From positions 3,168,001 through 3,232,000 of the forward strand of contig OY820905.2 in NCBI GenBank assembly GCA_963555755.3: a DNA stretch of 64,000 nucleotides, in the 5' to 3' direction. The position numbers and the translations under genes were made by a program. How positions within the stretch are numbered: the stretch's first letter is position 1; each line of letters starts with the position of its first letter. Origin of the DNA: Nitrospirales bacterium. GTDB taxonomy: Bacteria > Nitrospirota > Nitrospiria > Nitrospirales > UBA8639. Shown piece after piece: positions 63,261 through 64,000 of the stretch. The notes under the pieces are model-generated. The model was given only the letters and a program-made list of their open reading frames with translations, did no database searches and had not been told where the DNA came from.

Positions 63261-64000
63261 ATTCCCCCAGCTCTTTGAATAATTTGGTTGGATGAAGGAC
63301 TCGCGCAAAGGATAGTTTTAACGGCTGTTTGACCGGCGCAACGATAAAACAGGGGACCTCCGGATGGCTTTCATGGAACGATCGTAAACCAGACAAATCG
63401 CTTGAGGAAGGATTTGCAGAAATCTTGCATTCTATCGCGTAGAGAATTTCTGTCCCGCGGCTGATTAACAAGTCGACTTCAGCCCCATGGCTTGTCCGCC
63501 AGAAGGAGAGTTTCCAGTCTCTTTGATAGTATTCGTTATGTCGGATAACTTCTTGTATGAACCATTGTTCATAGAGACGTCCTTGTTCGATACGACTTGG
63601 CGGGTCTTTCAGTGTTCCTAAAATGGCTCGGGTCACACCATTATCGAAAAAATAAAATTTTGGCTGATGACTCATGCGTTTTCGTTGGCTTTTCAAATAG
63701 GGGTACAGGAAGGTTCCCAGTAACGTATCTTCAAAAATAGAATAATATTCACGGACTGTTGAAAGTGCTATTTGGCAATCACGAGCGATACCGGAAAAAT
63801 TTATCTGTTCTGCATATTGTGCGGCGGCAACATCTAAAAAGTTCTGAAAACCTTGAAGGTTTCGCACCAGAGCTTCCGCTTTCACCTCCTCTTTGAGGTA
63901 GGTGATCACGTAAGCTCTTAAGAGATCTTCTGCTTCCGCTGGTTTTCTTTGATTGAGGGTAGTGTAGATTTTAGGGAGCGAACCATATGCGAGTATCCAT
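63259..64000 (-). CDS. AAA_14/DUF4143 ATPase, 5' end outside window
   Basis: YGSLP, PKFYFFDNG, FWRTSHGAEVDL, AIECK. Confidence 0.85.
   Translation of the reverse strand, partial: WILAYGSLPKIYTTLNQRKPAEAEDLLRAYVITYLKEEVKAEALVRNLQGFQNFLDVAAAQYAEQINFSGIARDCQIALSTVREYYSIFEDTLLGTFLYPYLKSQRKRMSHQPKFYFFDNGVTRAILGTLKDPPSRIEQGRLYEQWFIQEVIRHNEYYQRDWKLSFWRTSHGAEVDLLISRGTEILYAIECKISANPSSSDLSGLRSFHESHPEVPCFIVAPVKQPLKLSFARVLHPTKLFKELGE

Overview
Bacterial accessory region of roughly 50% GC, heavily remodelled by mobile elements. One dispersed repeat family resembles repeats I recall from Nitrospira-like genomes; this host assignment is inference only. Cargo genes: an RND permease, a mono-heme and an octaheme-TPR cytochrome c, a disulfide-less dihydrolipoamide-dehydrogenase-like flavoprotein, a beta-PGM/GH65/ackA/xfp sugar cluster that is decaying, a Bat-like VWA operon lacking MoxR, cytochrome bd (cydAB), MscS, many lipoproteins and outer-membrane barrels, an alkaline phosphatase, three toxin-antitoxin pairs and two AAA-DUF4143 ATPases. 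Mobile DNA: two IS1595 copies, ISL3, IS6, an ISNCY/IS5-like element, a DUF4338-fused ISAs1, an IS110, at least six MITE families and several REP-like hairpin families, often nested. Main finding: the IS110 at 53277-54492 sits in a 24-nt REP-like hairpin. Its non-coding end reads as a bridge RNA, with loops matching both its target and its circle junction. Two empty target copies lie in the window, circularisation would create a promoter, and the target supplies the recombinase stop codon. All family calls come from motif recognition; no database searches were run.
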